A stretch of 64,000 bases of DNA from Methanotrichaceae archaeon (GCA_963803145.1 CAWDLW010000025.1:32001-96000); one strand, 5' to 3'; positions 39,707-50,102 are shown, counted from the first letter of the stretch. Translations and numbers: made by a program. The notes: generated by a model from the letters alone, not told the origin.

Positions 39707-40768
39707 TCAGGCACTTTTTACTGCAGCCTCTACCTCGCTTATACAGGCATCGGTTTTGATGCCGATTCCGCTGAAATGCGTTCTCGATGCCTTCCAACCG
39801 GATGCTAGGAGGAGATCAACTACAGCATCGATCTTTGAGGGAGTAATCTTCAGTCTCTCGCAGATACTATGATGATCATAGTATAATGGAGTATCCACCT
39901 CAGATGCGCAAGTCTCGATCAGCCTTAAGGCCCGGGCATTTCCATCGCCCAAGGAAGCAATTGCACTGCAGATCGCGCTTGCCTCCTGAATCCGCCCAAG
40001 CCAGAGCGGTCCTGCCAGCATAGTTCTACATCCGCATGCACTGCATGTTCCAACAAATCTAAAATCTCTCAGGCAGATGAAGCTGCCGCATGCCGTGCAG
40101 TGCTCAACATAGCCCATATTCTCGAGGCACTTATCCGCCAGACGAGCTCCCTTTCTCAATCGAAGGTATAAGCGCACATAATGATCTGTGGCGTGTGTGA
40201 GCATCGGTTCCATTGACTTATCCAGGCGTGCAAGCTCCCTCGCGGCAAGGCCCAGCAATATCCGAGCGCCCATCTCAGGATGGTAATCTGTATTTAACGG
40301 CATTGCCATATACTTCCTGATCCCGCTTTTAAGATGAGCACCACAGAGCGGGGCCGTATCAGTGGCTGTGATGAATAAGTAGGATAGGGCTGATCTTGAC
40401 CCTGCCGAGAGATAAGGCGATGGTGAACCAAAAGGATCTAGATCAACGGCCTGGAAATGCCTCTGATGCATGAGCACGTTTGCATTGCTGCACACTGCCT
40501 CGCAGTTTATGGCATCGTTTCTTGCTATGTTTTTCAGAATTGCCTCATATGCCTGGGGGCTAACATCATTCAGCGTAACGTGATTTGCATTTGCCTCCTT
40601 TGCTACTCTTAGGCCACGGATGCCGCTGGCTGAGAGGGCATCAAGATAATCGGTTATGCCCAGGGATTTTGCCATTGCCACACCGATATCTCTGTTGAGC
40701 TTCATCCTGGGGTTATAGAAGATTCCATCTGACTCGAAGGCTATTGCGCCTTCTTTAACCAAACTCAT
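39707..40768 (-). CDS. trm1: tRNA (guanine-26 N2)-dimethyltransferase
   Basis: FYNPRM.LNRD, SASGIRGLR, DLDPFGSP, TATD.APLCG, GPLWLG. Confidence 0.93.
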   Translation of the reverse strand: MSLVKEGAIAFESDGIFYNPRMKLNRDIGVAMAKSLGITDYLDALSASGIRGLRVAKEANANHVTLNDVSPQAYEAILKNIARNDAINCEAVCSNANVLMHQRHFQAVDLDPFGSPSPYLSAGSRSALSYLFITATDTAPLCGAHLKSGIRKYMAMPLNTDYHPEMGARILLGLAARELARLDKSMEPMLTHATDHYVRLYLRLRKGARLADKCLENMGYVEHCTACGSFICLRDFRFVGTCSACGCRTMLAGPLWLGRIQEASAICSAIASLGDGNARALRLIETCASEVDTPLYYDHHSICERLKITPSKIDAVVDLLLASGWKASRTHFSGIGIKTDACISEVEAAVKSA

Positions 40769-40935
40769 AGCGTCAAGAGAAAGGCAGGGCCGGGGATATA
40801 ATGCTTTTCTTAAAACATTGGGGGTGGCACAAAGTATAAAATTGAAGATAGTGATAAATATAATAGCAGCAGAAGTAGTGTAGCTGAAGAATGGCCGAAC
40901 TTAGGCTTAATTAAACGATTTATGAGGTATATGCG

Positions 40936-42819
40936 CTGAGCCAGAATAACGAAACGAGATGGGATCATTTTCGGAAGCTTTGGCCTGAAAAGATCGAGGA
41001 TGAGAATAAGATATTCCAGCATATCCATCCAGGAGCAAGGATATTTATCGGCACTGCGTGCTCAGAGCCTCAACATCTGGTGAAGGCATTTATCGATTAT
41101 GTCCAGGCATATCCACATGCAATCTTTGATGCAGAGCTGATTCAGGTCTGGCCTTTAGGCATAGAATCATATACAGATGGCAAATTCAAGGAGAATTTCA
41201 GGATCAACTCATTCTTTGTAGGTGAGGGCATAAGAGATGCAGTTAACAACACATCTGCAGACTACACACCCATATTTCTCTCGAGCGTGCCCGATCTAAT
41301 CTACAGGGGGATATTACCGATAGATGTTGCACTCATACAGACATCTCCTCCGGACGATGTTGGGAATATGAGCCTGGGCATAGGCGTAGATGTTGCCAAG
41401 GCGGTAGTTGAGAATGCCTCCATTGTTATCGCCCAGGCAAATTCGAACATGCCTTACATTCAGGGAGATGGTATCATCAATATCGATGATGTGGACTTCA
41501 TTGTTCCTAAGAATGAGAGCCTTTTGGAATACAACAATAATATCGGTTTCCCGGATGAGATCTCCCAGAGAATTGGAATGCATGTGGCTCGAATAATCGA
41601 GGATGGCTCAACGATCCAGGTGGGATATGGAAGTATGCCCAACGCCATTCTTTCAAATCTGAGAAACAAAAGGCACTTGGGACTTCATAGCGAACTCTTT
41701 AGCGATGGTATCGCAGATCTTATGAAAGCTGATGTTATCGATAATTCAAGAAAGAGCGTGGATATTGGCAGAGCAGTTGCCTCATTCTGTATCGGCAGAA
41801 AGGAAATATACGACTACCTGGATGAGAATCCCAATGTGGAGTTCAAAACCATCGATTACACCAACAGCATCCGAAATATAATGGCACAAAAGGGCATGAC
41901 TGCTATAAACAGCGCCATAGAGATAGATCTGACAGGCCAGGCAACCTCCGAATCTCTAGGCGGCATATTCTACAGTGGTGTGGGGGGCCAGACAGATTTC
42001 ATGCGCGGAGCAAACCTTGCGCCTGGAGGAAAGAGCATCCTAGCGCTATCATCAACGTCGGAGGACGGAAGCTCTTCAAGAATAGTGCCTCAACTGAGCC
42101 TTGGTGCGAGCGCCACTCTCCATAGAGGGGATATCAGATACGTTGTGACAGAGTATGGGATAGCCTACCTTCATGGAAAGAGCATTCGTGAGCGTGCGAT
42201 GGACCTGATTGCGATAGCTCACCCGAAGTTCAGGCCATGGCTGGTATCTGAAGCAAAGAGGCTTTCACTGATATATAAGGATCAAGAGTATTTGCCTGGG
42301 GAGTATCCAGAGTCCTTCGAGACCTGTAGGATCACAAAAACGGGCTTGAAAATATTCTTGAGACCCGCGAAGATAAGCGATGAGCCACTGCTAAAGGATT
42401 TCTTCTACTCTTTATCGGATCAAAGCATGTATCTGCGATTCGCCTCTGCAAGGAAGGACATGCCTCACAAGAGGCTTCAGGAGTTTGTTGCTGTGGATTA
42501 TTCCAGGGATCTTGTGATACTCGCTGAAGTCACGTTGAATGAAAGGGAGGTAATTATTGGCGTCGGTCAGTATAGCGTAAATGAGGATATGCACACTGCA
42601 GAGTTCGCCTTTGTCGTGAGGGATGATTACCAGAACAAGGGAGTTGGAAGAGAGATTCATTCCTATATGAAATATCTGGCAAGAAGGAAAGGTCTTCTTG
42701 GATTCACAGCCGAGGTGCTTGAGGATAATGCCGTCTCGTTCAGCCTCTTGAAGAAAATGGGTTATGAGGTTGCGGCTAAGGATGGCGGATCATATAGTAT
42801 GAGACTTATATTCAAATGA
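40936..42819 (+). CDS. Acetyl-CoA hydrolase/transferase domain fused to a GNAT acetyltransferase
   Basis: IFIGTACSEP, QVGYG.MPNA, HSELFSD, SGVGGQTDF, VVTEYG, then GNAT (AEFAFVV.D.YQ.KGVG); start placed at in-frame CTG 40936 behind TGAGGT. Confidence 0.85.
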   Translation: MSQNNETRWDHFRKLWPEKIEDENKIFQHIHPGARIFIGTACSEPQHLVKAFIDYVQAYPHAIFDAELIQVWPLGIESYTDGKFKENFRINSFFVGEGIRDAVNNTSADYTPIFLSSVPDLIYRGILPIDVALIQTSPPDDVGNMSLGIGVDVAKAVVENASIVIAQANSNMPYIQGDGIINIDDVDFIVPKNESLLEYNNNIGFPDEISQRIGMHVARIIEDGSTIQVGYGSMPNAILSNLRNKRHLGLHSELFSDGIADLMKADVIDNSRKSVDIGRAVASFCIGRKEIYDYLDENPNVEFKTIDYTNSIRNIMAQKGMTAINSAIEIDLTGQATSESLGGIFYSGVGGQTDFMRGANLAPGGKSILALSSTSEDGSSSRIVPQLSLGASATLHRGDIRYVVTEYGIAYLHGKSIRERAMDLIAIAHPKFRPWLVSEAKRLSLIYKDQEYLPGEYPESFETCRITKTGLKIFLRPAKISDEPLLKDFFYSLSDQSMYLRFASARKDMPHKRLQEFVAVDYSRDLVILAEVTLNEREVIIGVGQYSVNEDMHTAEFAFVVRDDYQNKGVGREIHSYMKYLARRKGLLGFTAEVLEDNAVSFSLLKKMGYEVAAKDGGSYSMRLIFK

Positions 42820-42983
42820 ATGTATCAACATTCGACTATTTGCCTAATAGATTCATGCTTTTAAATACATTCGTTGTGCTTTCCTATGAAAAATGATACT
42901 GCCCCTCGTTTTTTGTACTTATGGCACGGTTCATCGAACCATGACGATTTTGTGGTGAGCGTTCAATGTCGGCCAACCACAAA

Positions 42984-44381
42984 CTGTACTCTCCAACTTT
43001 TTCATAGCTTTATATTTATAGCTATATTTTCTTTTACCATTAAAATTAATTCTTGATACAAAATAGATTTATTTATAAAAGTATTTTACTATGTCATGAT
43101 CAAATTAGTTAAGATTCCATCACAGTTAGAGCCATTTCTAAAAGAATTTAAAGATTTATTCACCATACCGAGCTATAATTCTTTCTGTGATATGATTTCA
43201 GCATTGAGCGTATGTGATAAATCTAAGACCATCGCACACCTTAGTGATGCTATGGCAAAGGATCGAGAAGGTACGAAATCACGCTCTTCCTATAATTGGT
43301 TCTTTAGTGATGCAATCTGGGATGAGAACGAAGTAGCTCAGCGCAGTGCGGATCTATTTATAGAAGCTCTTCAGTTAAGTGCAAGCGACAAAATATTATT
43401 AATTATAGACGATACATATAATGAAAAGGAAGGGAAATGTACTGATGGCGTGGGCAAGTTTTACGATCATTGCAAAGATGACTATATTATGGGTAACAAC
43501 TTTGTTACCTCAGTCCTCCAATCTAGAGGTATATTTATACCACATAAAGCAAAAATGTATACTAAAGAGATAGACAGCAGTGAAGATTTCATGACTAAAA
43601 TAGAAATCGCTTATAAAGATATCATCGAGCCCTTAAAAATACCAAAAGGCTTGAGTCTTTATGTTGTTTTCGACAGCTGGTGGTTTTCTGCTGATTTTAT
43701 AACTAAATGCCTGAACTTAGGTCATCAAGTCGTTTGTGAAATTAAGTCTGATAAAAAGGTATGGATAAATAAGGATATGTCCTTCCAGGTCAGGGACTTG
43801 GCAAATCAGATTGACGAAATTTATTATAGAAGAACTACAGTCCAAGTTCGCGGCAAGAAGAAGGTATATTATGCAATCGAAAAAGAAGTCATCTTAGATA
43901 AGATTGGCAAAGTAAAGCTAGTCATCTCAAAGAAAAAGAAAAATGGTGACGCCAACTACTTTATTAGCACCAATTGTTCACTATCTTTGGTAGAAATCCT
44001 TTCTATTTATGAGGATAGGTGGGATATTGAGACTGCTCATAGAGAGTCAAATCAAAAATTGGGATTCAAGGATTATCAATTAAGAGGAAAACGATCAATT
44101 GAAAGATTTATTCAGATGGTTTTCTCAGTCTGGACAGCTATCGTTTTATATGAACTCAAAAACCCACCAGTGGAAAGAAATCAACAAAATAGAACGATTG
44201 GAGATATGATAGATAGTATAAAGGCTCAAGCATTCATTGATGCCTTTATATATGTATTACAATACTTTAATTTGCCAGTTCCTGATAGTGGTTTACTCTA
44301 TCTAATCAAAGAACAGGGATATAAGATATGACTTGATATAGAATGGAGATTATAAATTGGTGAGAAACTTGGAGAGTACAG
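42984..44381 (+). mobile_element. IS701-like (IS4 superfamily) insertion sequence
   Basis: Terminal inverted repeats CTGTACTCTCCAA (13/13; 19/21 extended); 6-bp direct repeat CACAAA (42978-42983, 44382-44387); low GC. Confidence 0.9.
43096..44331 (+). CDS. DDE transposase (IS701-like)
   Basis: LIIDDT..EK, VFDSWW, Y..RWDIE..HR..NQ.LG motifs. Confidence 0.9.
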   Translation: MIKLVKIPSQLEPFLKEFKDLFTIPSYNSFCDMISALSVCDKSKTIAHLSDAMAKDREGTKSRSSYNWFFSDAIWDENEVAQRSADLFIEALQLSASDKILLIIDDTYNEKEGKCTDGVGKFYDHCKDDYIMGNNFVTSVLQSRGIFIPHKAKMYTKEIDSSEDFMTKIEIAYKDIIEPLKIPKGLSLYVVFDSWWFSADFITKCLNLGHQVVCEIKSDKKVWINKDMSFQVRDLANQIDEIYYRRTTVQVRGKKKVYYAIEKEVILDKIGKVKLVISKKKKNGDANYFISTNCSLSLVEILSIYEDRWDIETAHRESNQKLGFKDYQLRGKRSIERFIQMVFSVWTAIVLYELKNPPVERNQQNRTIGDMIDSIKAQAFIDAFIYVLQYFNLPVPDSGLLYLIKEQGYKI

Positions 44382-44420
44382 CACAAAGTCATAAATAATT
44401 AAAATATTTAACTTAATAAG

Positions 44421-45542
44421 CTAGAATATCTTATGAACGCTCGAAAGCTTTTGTTTAAGCCCTTGAAGTGTCTCTGCCAGCTCTGCATTAATCCTTTTTT
44501 TCGTTTCGTTTCCGACCATTATATTGATGTCTGGGGGGCATAAGGGCTCGGAGCCAACATAGTTTATGAAGAACTCGACCCAATAAGGGGGCAGATATTC
44601 AGGCAAAGGTTCGCCCCTCATAATACGCAGAACGCCAGCCCATGCAACCGGCACCACCTCGAGATTGTAGCCTCCGCCTCCAAGTGCAAGAAGCCTGCCG
44701 TTTGCATACTTATTGGCCAGCTCAACGATCCTGTTTACAAGATAGCTGTAGCCTGTGAGCGTTAGATTAAGGCTAGTCAGAGGGTCAAGATAGTGTGTAT
44801 CAACTCCAAGCTGGGCAACGACCATATCAGGTTTGAACCACTCCAAAAGAGGAGGAACAATCTCCTCAAACGCTAGGTGGTATTCATCATCTCCCGCGTA
44901 CATGGGCATTGGAATATTTACCGAGTAGCCTAGACCTGGCCCTGAGCCGATCTCGTCTATGAAGCCTGTTCCCGGGAAGATGTACATGCCGGATTCATGA
45001 ATAGATATGGTGAGTACATTAGGGTCCTCATAGAATATCTGCTGAACACCGTCTCCGTGGTGGCCGTCTATGTCTATATAGAGAATGTTTTTAAACCGCT
45101 CCTTTAGAATGCATATTGCCAGCGCAGGATCATTGAAGACGCAGAAACCCGATGCCTGAGTGGGCATTGCGTGGTGAAGACCGCCACCGATATTAAAGGC
45201 TTTACAATCCTCGGAGATTATTCGCCTTGCCGCATCGATGCTTCCGCCCGCCAGGAGCCGGGATGCATCGTAGATGCCTTTGAAGACCGGAGTATCATCG
45301 GTGCCAAGTCCGAATGCAAGGTCAGGCTGCTCTGCCATGACAGAGGCCAGATATTCAAGGGTGTGTACCCGTAAGAGATCGGCATCGCTTGCAAAGCTGG
45401 GCTCTATACGGCATGTAGTGCCGTCGAGCATTCCACACTCTTCAATCAGCTTGTAGGTCAGCATCAGACGCACTGGCTTCAGTGGATGCTCAGGGCCAAA
45501 GTTGTAGCCCAGGAATCTGTCTGTATAATAGAGATAAATCAT
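44421..45542 (-). CDS. acuC: AcuC/histone deacetylase family protein
   Basis: HPLKPVR, GGLHHA, SGFCVFND, DIDGHHGDG, GGGGY. Confidence 0.88.
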   Translation of the reverse strand: MIYLYYTDRFLGYNFGPEHPLKPVRLMLTYKLIEECGMLDGTTCRIEPSFASDADLLRVHTLEYLASVMAEQPDLAFGLGTDDTPVFKGIYDASRLLAGGSIDAARRIISEDCKAFNIGGGLHHAMPTQASGFCVFNDPALAICILKERFKNILYIDIDGHHGDGVQQIFYEDPNVLTISIHESGMYIFPGTGFIDEIGSGPGLGYSVNIPMPMYAGDDEYHLAFEEIVPPLLEWFKPDMVVAQLGVDTHYLDPLTSLNLTLTGYSYLVNRIVELANKYANGRLLALGGGGYNLEVVPVAWAGVLRIMRGEPLPEYLPPYWVEFFINYVGSEPLCPPDINIMVGNETKKRINAELAETLQGLKQKLSSVHKIF

Positions 45543-45736
45543 TTATAGCCTTTCTCTATCAGCCCTTCGCTCCAGTAATTGTCGCATTTCCGGCAGTAAA
45601 AGATGGTTTCGATTACTATCTTCTGCCACCTTTCAACATCGAGAGCGCGCCTAAGCTCTTTTGATTCGCATTCGTTGCCGCATTTGGGGCAGAAGGGAAC
45701 GAACTCTTCAAGCACTGCCTGATCCTCATTAGGCAT
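45539..45736 (-). CDS. Small zinc-ribbon protein
   Basis: CPKC...CRKC; stop overlaps the acuC start. Confidence 0.65.
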   Translation of the reverse strand: MPNEDQAVLEEFVPFCPKCGNECESKELRRALDVERWQKIVIETIFYCRKCDNYWSEGLIEKGYK

Positions 45737-45797
45737 TATTATTCCTCTTAATTCAGAGTAATGCAATCAAGGCAAAAAAGGTATCGGTGATCTGAAG

Positions 45798-46083
45798 GGC
45801 ATTAGAATGGCATTAGAATGGCATTACGATGGCATTACGATGGCATTACGATGGCATTACGATGGCATTACGATGGCATTACGATGGCATTACGATGGCA
45901 TTACGATGGCATTACGATGGCATTACGATGGCATTACGATGGCATTACGATGGCATTACGATGGCATTACGATGGCATTACGATGGCATTACGATGGCAT
46001 TACGATGGCATTACGATGGCATTACGATGGCATTACGATGGCATTACGATGGCATTACGATGGCATTACGATGGCGTTAGAAT
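45798..46083. repeat. 11-bp tandem repeat (GGCATTACGAT) x26
   Basis: 2 GGCATTAGAAT + 23 exact GGCATTACGAT (45820-46072) + 1 GGCGTTAGAAT; no spacers. Confidence 0.97.
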
Positions 46084-46955
46084 GGCCTCACACCTGCCAG
46101 TATGCATCCTGCGAGAAATCCAAGTATTGCACCTGAATCCAGGAATGGAAGGCCGGCCTGAGGTTTGTCTCGCGATGTCATCATCAGGGCTAGAAAGCCT
46201 AAATATGTTCCGACCATTGCGCCAATTGCAGGTATATTCACTCCGTAAATGCTCGCAGCATGGAGCGACCAGTTGGCTGATATTACCAATATCGTGGGCA
46301 TTATGGCGTCTCCAAGCCCAAGGAAGTAGGCACCTTTGGCTTTTTCAGCTGACTGGCTTGAAATCGATACCTGATCCTCCCTGAAGCTGTAACCCTTGGA
46401 CTTAGGAACAACGAAAAGAAGCGGAGCTTTTAGGTTTATCACACCTTCTGCCAGGGTGACCATATGCCTTGTCTTATAAACTGAGATGGCATCATAGACC
46501 GCCAATATTATCAGTAGTATCAATGCTGGAAGGGTGGTCATACTTATGCCGAAGAGGGAGGCAATCCCACCGCATATGAAAATGCCTATGATATCAATAA
46601 CATACCATTCAGGATAGAAGCGCAGTAGAATGAGCATTACTATTGTGAGCACTAACGAGATGACCAGCGGCAGGAATGCTGTCAGGATATAGAATATGCT
46701 TGTTGCCACAGATATCAGTATGAATCCGCCTATGACCCATCCACGCCTGAGCCTCATGGCGATAAGCAGAAGTAATGTGAATCCCACTATGAGAATCACA
46801 TAAATAAAGGGGTTTGCGGCAGATGATGGATTTTCGAATACCCTTGTGTTGCTGATCTCAAAGGAAGGCATGAATGCTAGGGCTAAAAGCTGTACGATTA
46901 TCATGAAGAACAGCATTGCAAGCATAGGCGTGCGGCTTTCTGAGCTTTCTGTCAT
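46077..46955 (-). CDS. Presenilin-like intramembrane aspartyl protease (PSH)
   Basis: YD (AVYDAISVY), GLGD and AGLP motifs; multi-TM. Confidence 0.92.
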   Translation of the reverse strand: MTESSESRTPMLAMLFFMIIVQLLALAFMPSFEISNTRVFENPSSAANPFIYVILIVGFTLLLLIAMRLRRGWVIGGFILISVATSIFYILTAFLPLVISLVLTIVMLILLRFYPEWYVIDIIGIFICGGIASLFGISMTTLPALILLIILAVYDAISVYKTRHMVTLAEGVINLKAPLLFVVPKSKGYSFREDQVSISSQSAEKAKGAYFLGLGDAIMPTILVISANWSLHAASIYGVNIPAIGAMVGTYLGFLALMMTSRDKPQAGLPFLDSGAILGFLAGCILAGVRPF

Positions 46956-47010
46956 TATATTAATAGTATCTGGCCTAGATTATCTAGATTATTACTCTAT
47001 ACCTTCATCT

Positions 47011-47529
47011 CTAACTTTCGCGTTCTAGAAGCAGCTCTAGATATGATTTTCTTATAGATTCACCCAAGCCAAGTTTTATCATAAGGTCTTGAAGCAGTCT
47101 CTTCTTCTCGAGCCAATCATCGCCTCCGCCGATCTCTATCTCTATGAATGACCCAAGGCCCGAAACATCATCCATAGCGAAAATGATATCGCCTAGGGCA
47201 TACTTTGTCCTGCTCTTTATCACCTCGCCAGAGGGCACAAAACCCAAGGATAGAAGTATCTGTGTCATTGCGTCAGGGTCATCTATCTTGATTGTCAGCT
47301 CCTTCCTGGACTTTGTCTCACTATCGAGCTTAGGCCCTTTGTAGGTTAGACGTGCGCCCTCATCTTTAATCCTTATACGCAGGGCCTCATCGCTCCCCTT
47401 AAAATCCCGAACAGGCGAGTTAAAATAAATATCGCGATGGTGCTCTGTGCCAACAAGAACTGCACCGAGCGCCTTTATCCTCGGAAGCGTATCAGGTTTT
47501 AAGCGCGCCTTGACCTCGACCTCTATCAT
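47011..47529 (-). CDS. cyaB: CYTH domain protein (class IV adenylate cyclase family)
   Basis: IEVEVK, D.YF, LRIR, TYKGP, FIEIE, SYLEL. Confidence 0.88.
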   Translation of the reverse strand: MIEVEVKARLKPDTLPRIKALGAVLVGTEHHRDIYFNSPVRDFKGSDEALRIRIKDEGARLTYKGPKLDSETKSRKELTIKIDDPDAMTQILLSLGFVPSGEVIKSRTKYALGDIIFAMDDVSGLGSFIEIEIGGGDDWLEKKRLLQDLMIKLGLGESIRKSYLELLLERES

Positions 47530-50102
47530 TTTCTAACCAGCACAGTTGCTGTCCCAACCTTCAGTACATCCACTGCAGTGCCCGCGGAAAGTGTTTCTGT
47601 GATGATCTCGACAGAATCGGGAGCCACCTCAATCGTCTCGCCATCTAAGCTGATTTTGATAGAGCCAGCTGCCTTCTGCTCTGCGACCTCACCAGGATTC
47701 ATAGCTAAAAGAGCCTTGATGACTTTCCCGCTTTTATCCTTGAACCTTGGGCCAAGTATCTTCATTTGGGGCTTAGTCTCAATTGGCCTCATCTCTATAT
47801 CAGGCAGGCCCTTTCTGCTTTCTACTTGAGAGTTTGCCACACCCTGAAGGTCCATGGTCTCCAAATCCATATCGGAGTTTATGATTATTCCAGGCAGAGG
47901 TGAGTTCAAAGCCATGCCCTTCTCGGACTTGTACCTGCGCAACGCAGCAGCGATCTCCTTTATCAGCATACCTGCGGGATCTACGGCAATACCAGATGTC
48001 TCCGGCCAACTCTGGACATGAACGCTCTCGCCTGTGAGGGAGCGGTAGATCTCCTCGGCGATGAAGGGAATGAAAGGTGCCATCATTCTTGTAAGAGTCT
48101 CTATGGCAGTATACAGTGTGTTCTGCGCTGCTCTTTTCTCATGGCTGTTCTGCCCATAGAGCCTGGCCTTAACTAGCTCAATGTAATTATCTGCCAGCAC
48201 CTCCCAGGTGAAGGTTCTGATTGCCCTGAATGCCTCATCAAACTGGTACTTATCCATTGCACCTGTAGCAGCCTTAACCAGTGAATCAAGCTCGCCAAGC
48301 AACCATCTATCGACTTGTCCAGGGGACTCTCCCGTAGGAGCCATCAAGGGCGTCGAGAATCTGTAGATCGACCACAGCTTCTGCTGGAACCTGCTGGCTG
48401 CAGTTATCTCCTTCCACTGAAACATTACATCGTTTCCTGGACTGCCGCCTAAGGCTGCCCACTGCCTCAGTGCATCAGCCCCATTAGCCTCGAAAACCTG
48501 CTCCGGTATTATAAAATTGCCCAGGGACTTAGACATCTTTCGTCCGTCTTCTCCCAGAACCATGCCGTTAATAAGAATTGCGTCCCATGGCCGAATGCCT
48601 ACAAGATCCATGCATCTGAGTATTGTGTAGAACGCCCAAGTCCTTATGATATCATGGCCCTGCGATCTGAGCTGAGTTGGAGATCTCAGGTCAGGCCGTG
48701 AGGGCCATCCTGCAACTGCCAAGGCAGATATAGAGCTATCCATCCATGTATCAAGCACATCCTCCTCGGGCTTAAACTCACTACATCCGCATTTGCATTT
48801 TGTGGGCGGCTCTGCCCTGGTAGGATCAAGGGGAAGCCAGTCCTCTTCTGCAACTAAAACCTCGCCGCAGTCTTTGCAGTACCAGACGGGTATTGGTGTT
48901 GCGAATATCCTCTGCCTCGATATACACCAGTCCCATTCGACGGAGTCAGCCCAGTTCTTTAGCCTTGTCTCCATATATGGGGGTATCCAATCGATCTCCT
49001 TGGATGTCCTCTTGATCTCATCAGGATCTATCTTGACGAACCATTGTCTACCCGATAGAATCTCTATAGGCGTTTTGCATCTCCAGCATAGTCCGACGTT
49101 CTGCTCCAGAGGCTCCTGCTTATAGATGATGCCCTTGTTCTTCATGTCCTCAATAATCGCATGCTTTGCCTCGTCAATAGAGAGACTCGCATATTTCCCG
49201 GAAATTTCAGTTAGCCTGCCGTTTCTATCTATAGCCTGGCGTAAGGGGAGATCATGCTCCATCCACCATCTAACATCCTGCTTATCGCCAAAGGTACAGA
49301 TCATAACTACGCCCGTGCCGAACTTCGGATCGACGGCGACGTCAGTCAATACTGGAACATCATAACCAAAAAGAGGCACAGTCACCTTTGTGCCTGCATA
49401 TCCTTTGTACCTCGCGTCCTCTGGGTTTATTGCAACAGCAACGCATGCGGGCAAAAGCTCAGGCCTTGAGGTGGCGATTTCCAAAAATCCGTACTCGCTC
49501 GGAAAACGCATATAATTAAGAGCAGTGTTACGAGAATCGTATTCGACTTCTGCAAGGGCGATTGCAGTGCCGCAACGAGGGCACCAGTTGACTGGGTGAT
49601 CTTCACGATATATGAGTCCCTTTTTATACATTTGAACAAATGAGCGTTGTGTCTTAACGTAGTACTCAGGACTCATCGTCACATATTCGTTTGACCAATC
49701 TGTCGAAATCCCAAGCCGATTTATAGTTCCTCTGAACCTCTCTATAGCCTCTGATGTCATCTGCTCGCAGAGCCTTCTGAACTCATCCCGGGGGATCTCG
49801 TTCTTCGTTATATGGTACTTCTCCTCAACCTTAACCTCTGTGGGAAGTCCGTGGCAATCCCAACCCTGAGGGAACATGACATTGAATCCTTGCATCCTCT
49901 TATAGCGGGCGGCGAAATCCATATAGCACCAGTTGAGTGCATTGCCTATGTGGAAGTTGCCAGTAGGGTAAGGCGGAGGCGTATCTATTATGTATTGGGG
50001 CTTCTTGGATACCCAATCGAAGTAGTAGATGGACTTATCCCAGCTATCAACCCATTTCTCCTCTGTTTGCTTGAAGTTGTACTCTTTTGAGACCTCGCTC
50101 AT
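47526..50102 (-). CDS. valS: Valine--tRNA ligase (archaeal type)
   Basis: DTPPPY, HIGN, WDWCISRQR, KMSKS; start set at ATG 50102. Confidence 0.96.
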   Translation of the reverse strand: MSEVSKEYNFKQTEEKWVDSWDKSIYYFDWVSKKPQYIIDTPPPYPTGNFHIGNALNWCYMDFAARYKRMQGFNVMFPQGWDCHGLPTEVKVEEKYHITKNEIPRDEFRRLCEQMTSEAIERFRGTINRLGISTDWSNEYVTMSPEYYVKTQRSFVQMYKKGLIYREDHPVNWCPRCGTAIALAEVEYDSRNTALNYMRFPSEYGFLEIATSRPELLPACVAVAINPEDARYKGYAGTKVTVPLFGYDVPVLTDVAVDPKFGTGVVMICTFGDKQDVRWWMEHDLPLRQAIDRNGRLTEISGKYASLSIDEAKHAIIEDMKNKGIIYKQEPLEQNVGLCWRCKTPIEILSGRQWFVKIDPDEIKRTSKEIDWIPPYMETRLKNWADSVEWDWCISRQRIFATPIPVWYCKDCGEVLVAEEDWLPLDPTRAEPPTKCKCGCSEFKPEEDVLDTWMDSSISALAVAGWPSRPDLRSPTQLRSQGHDIIRTWAFYTILRCMDLVGIRPWDAILINGMVLGEDGRKMSKSLGNFIIPEQVFEANGADALRQWAALGGSPGNDVMFQWKEITAASRFQQKLWSIYRFSTPLMAPTGESPGQVDRWLLGELDSLVKAATGAMDKYQFDEAFRAIRTFTWEVLADNYIELVKARLYGQNSHEKRAAQNTLYTAIETLTRMMAPFIPFIAEEIYRSLTGESVHVQSWPETSGIAVDPAGMLIKEIAAALRRYKSEKGMALNSPLPGIIINSDMDLETMDLQGVANSQVESRKGLPDIEMRPIETKPQMKILGPRFKDKSGKVIKALLAMNPGEVAEQKAAGSIKISLDGETIEVAPDSVEIITETLSAGTAVDVLKVGTATVLVRK

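Noticed and set aside
45798-46384. CRISPR array, or real proteins from the MALRWHYDGIT-repeat ORFs
   Set aside because: Units are 11 bp, head to tail, with no spacers and no cas genes in the window; the ORFs are stop-free translations of the repeat in all three forward frames.
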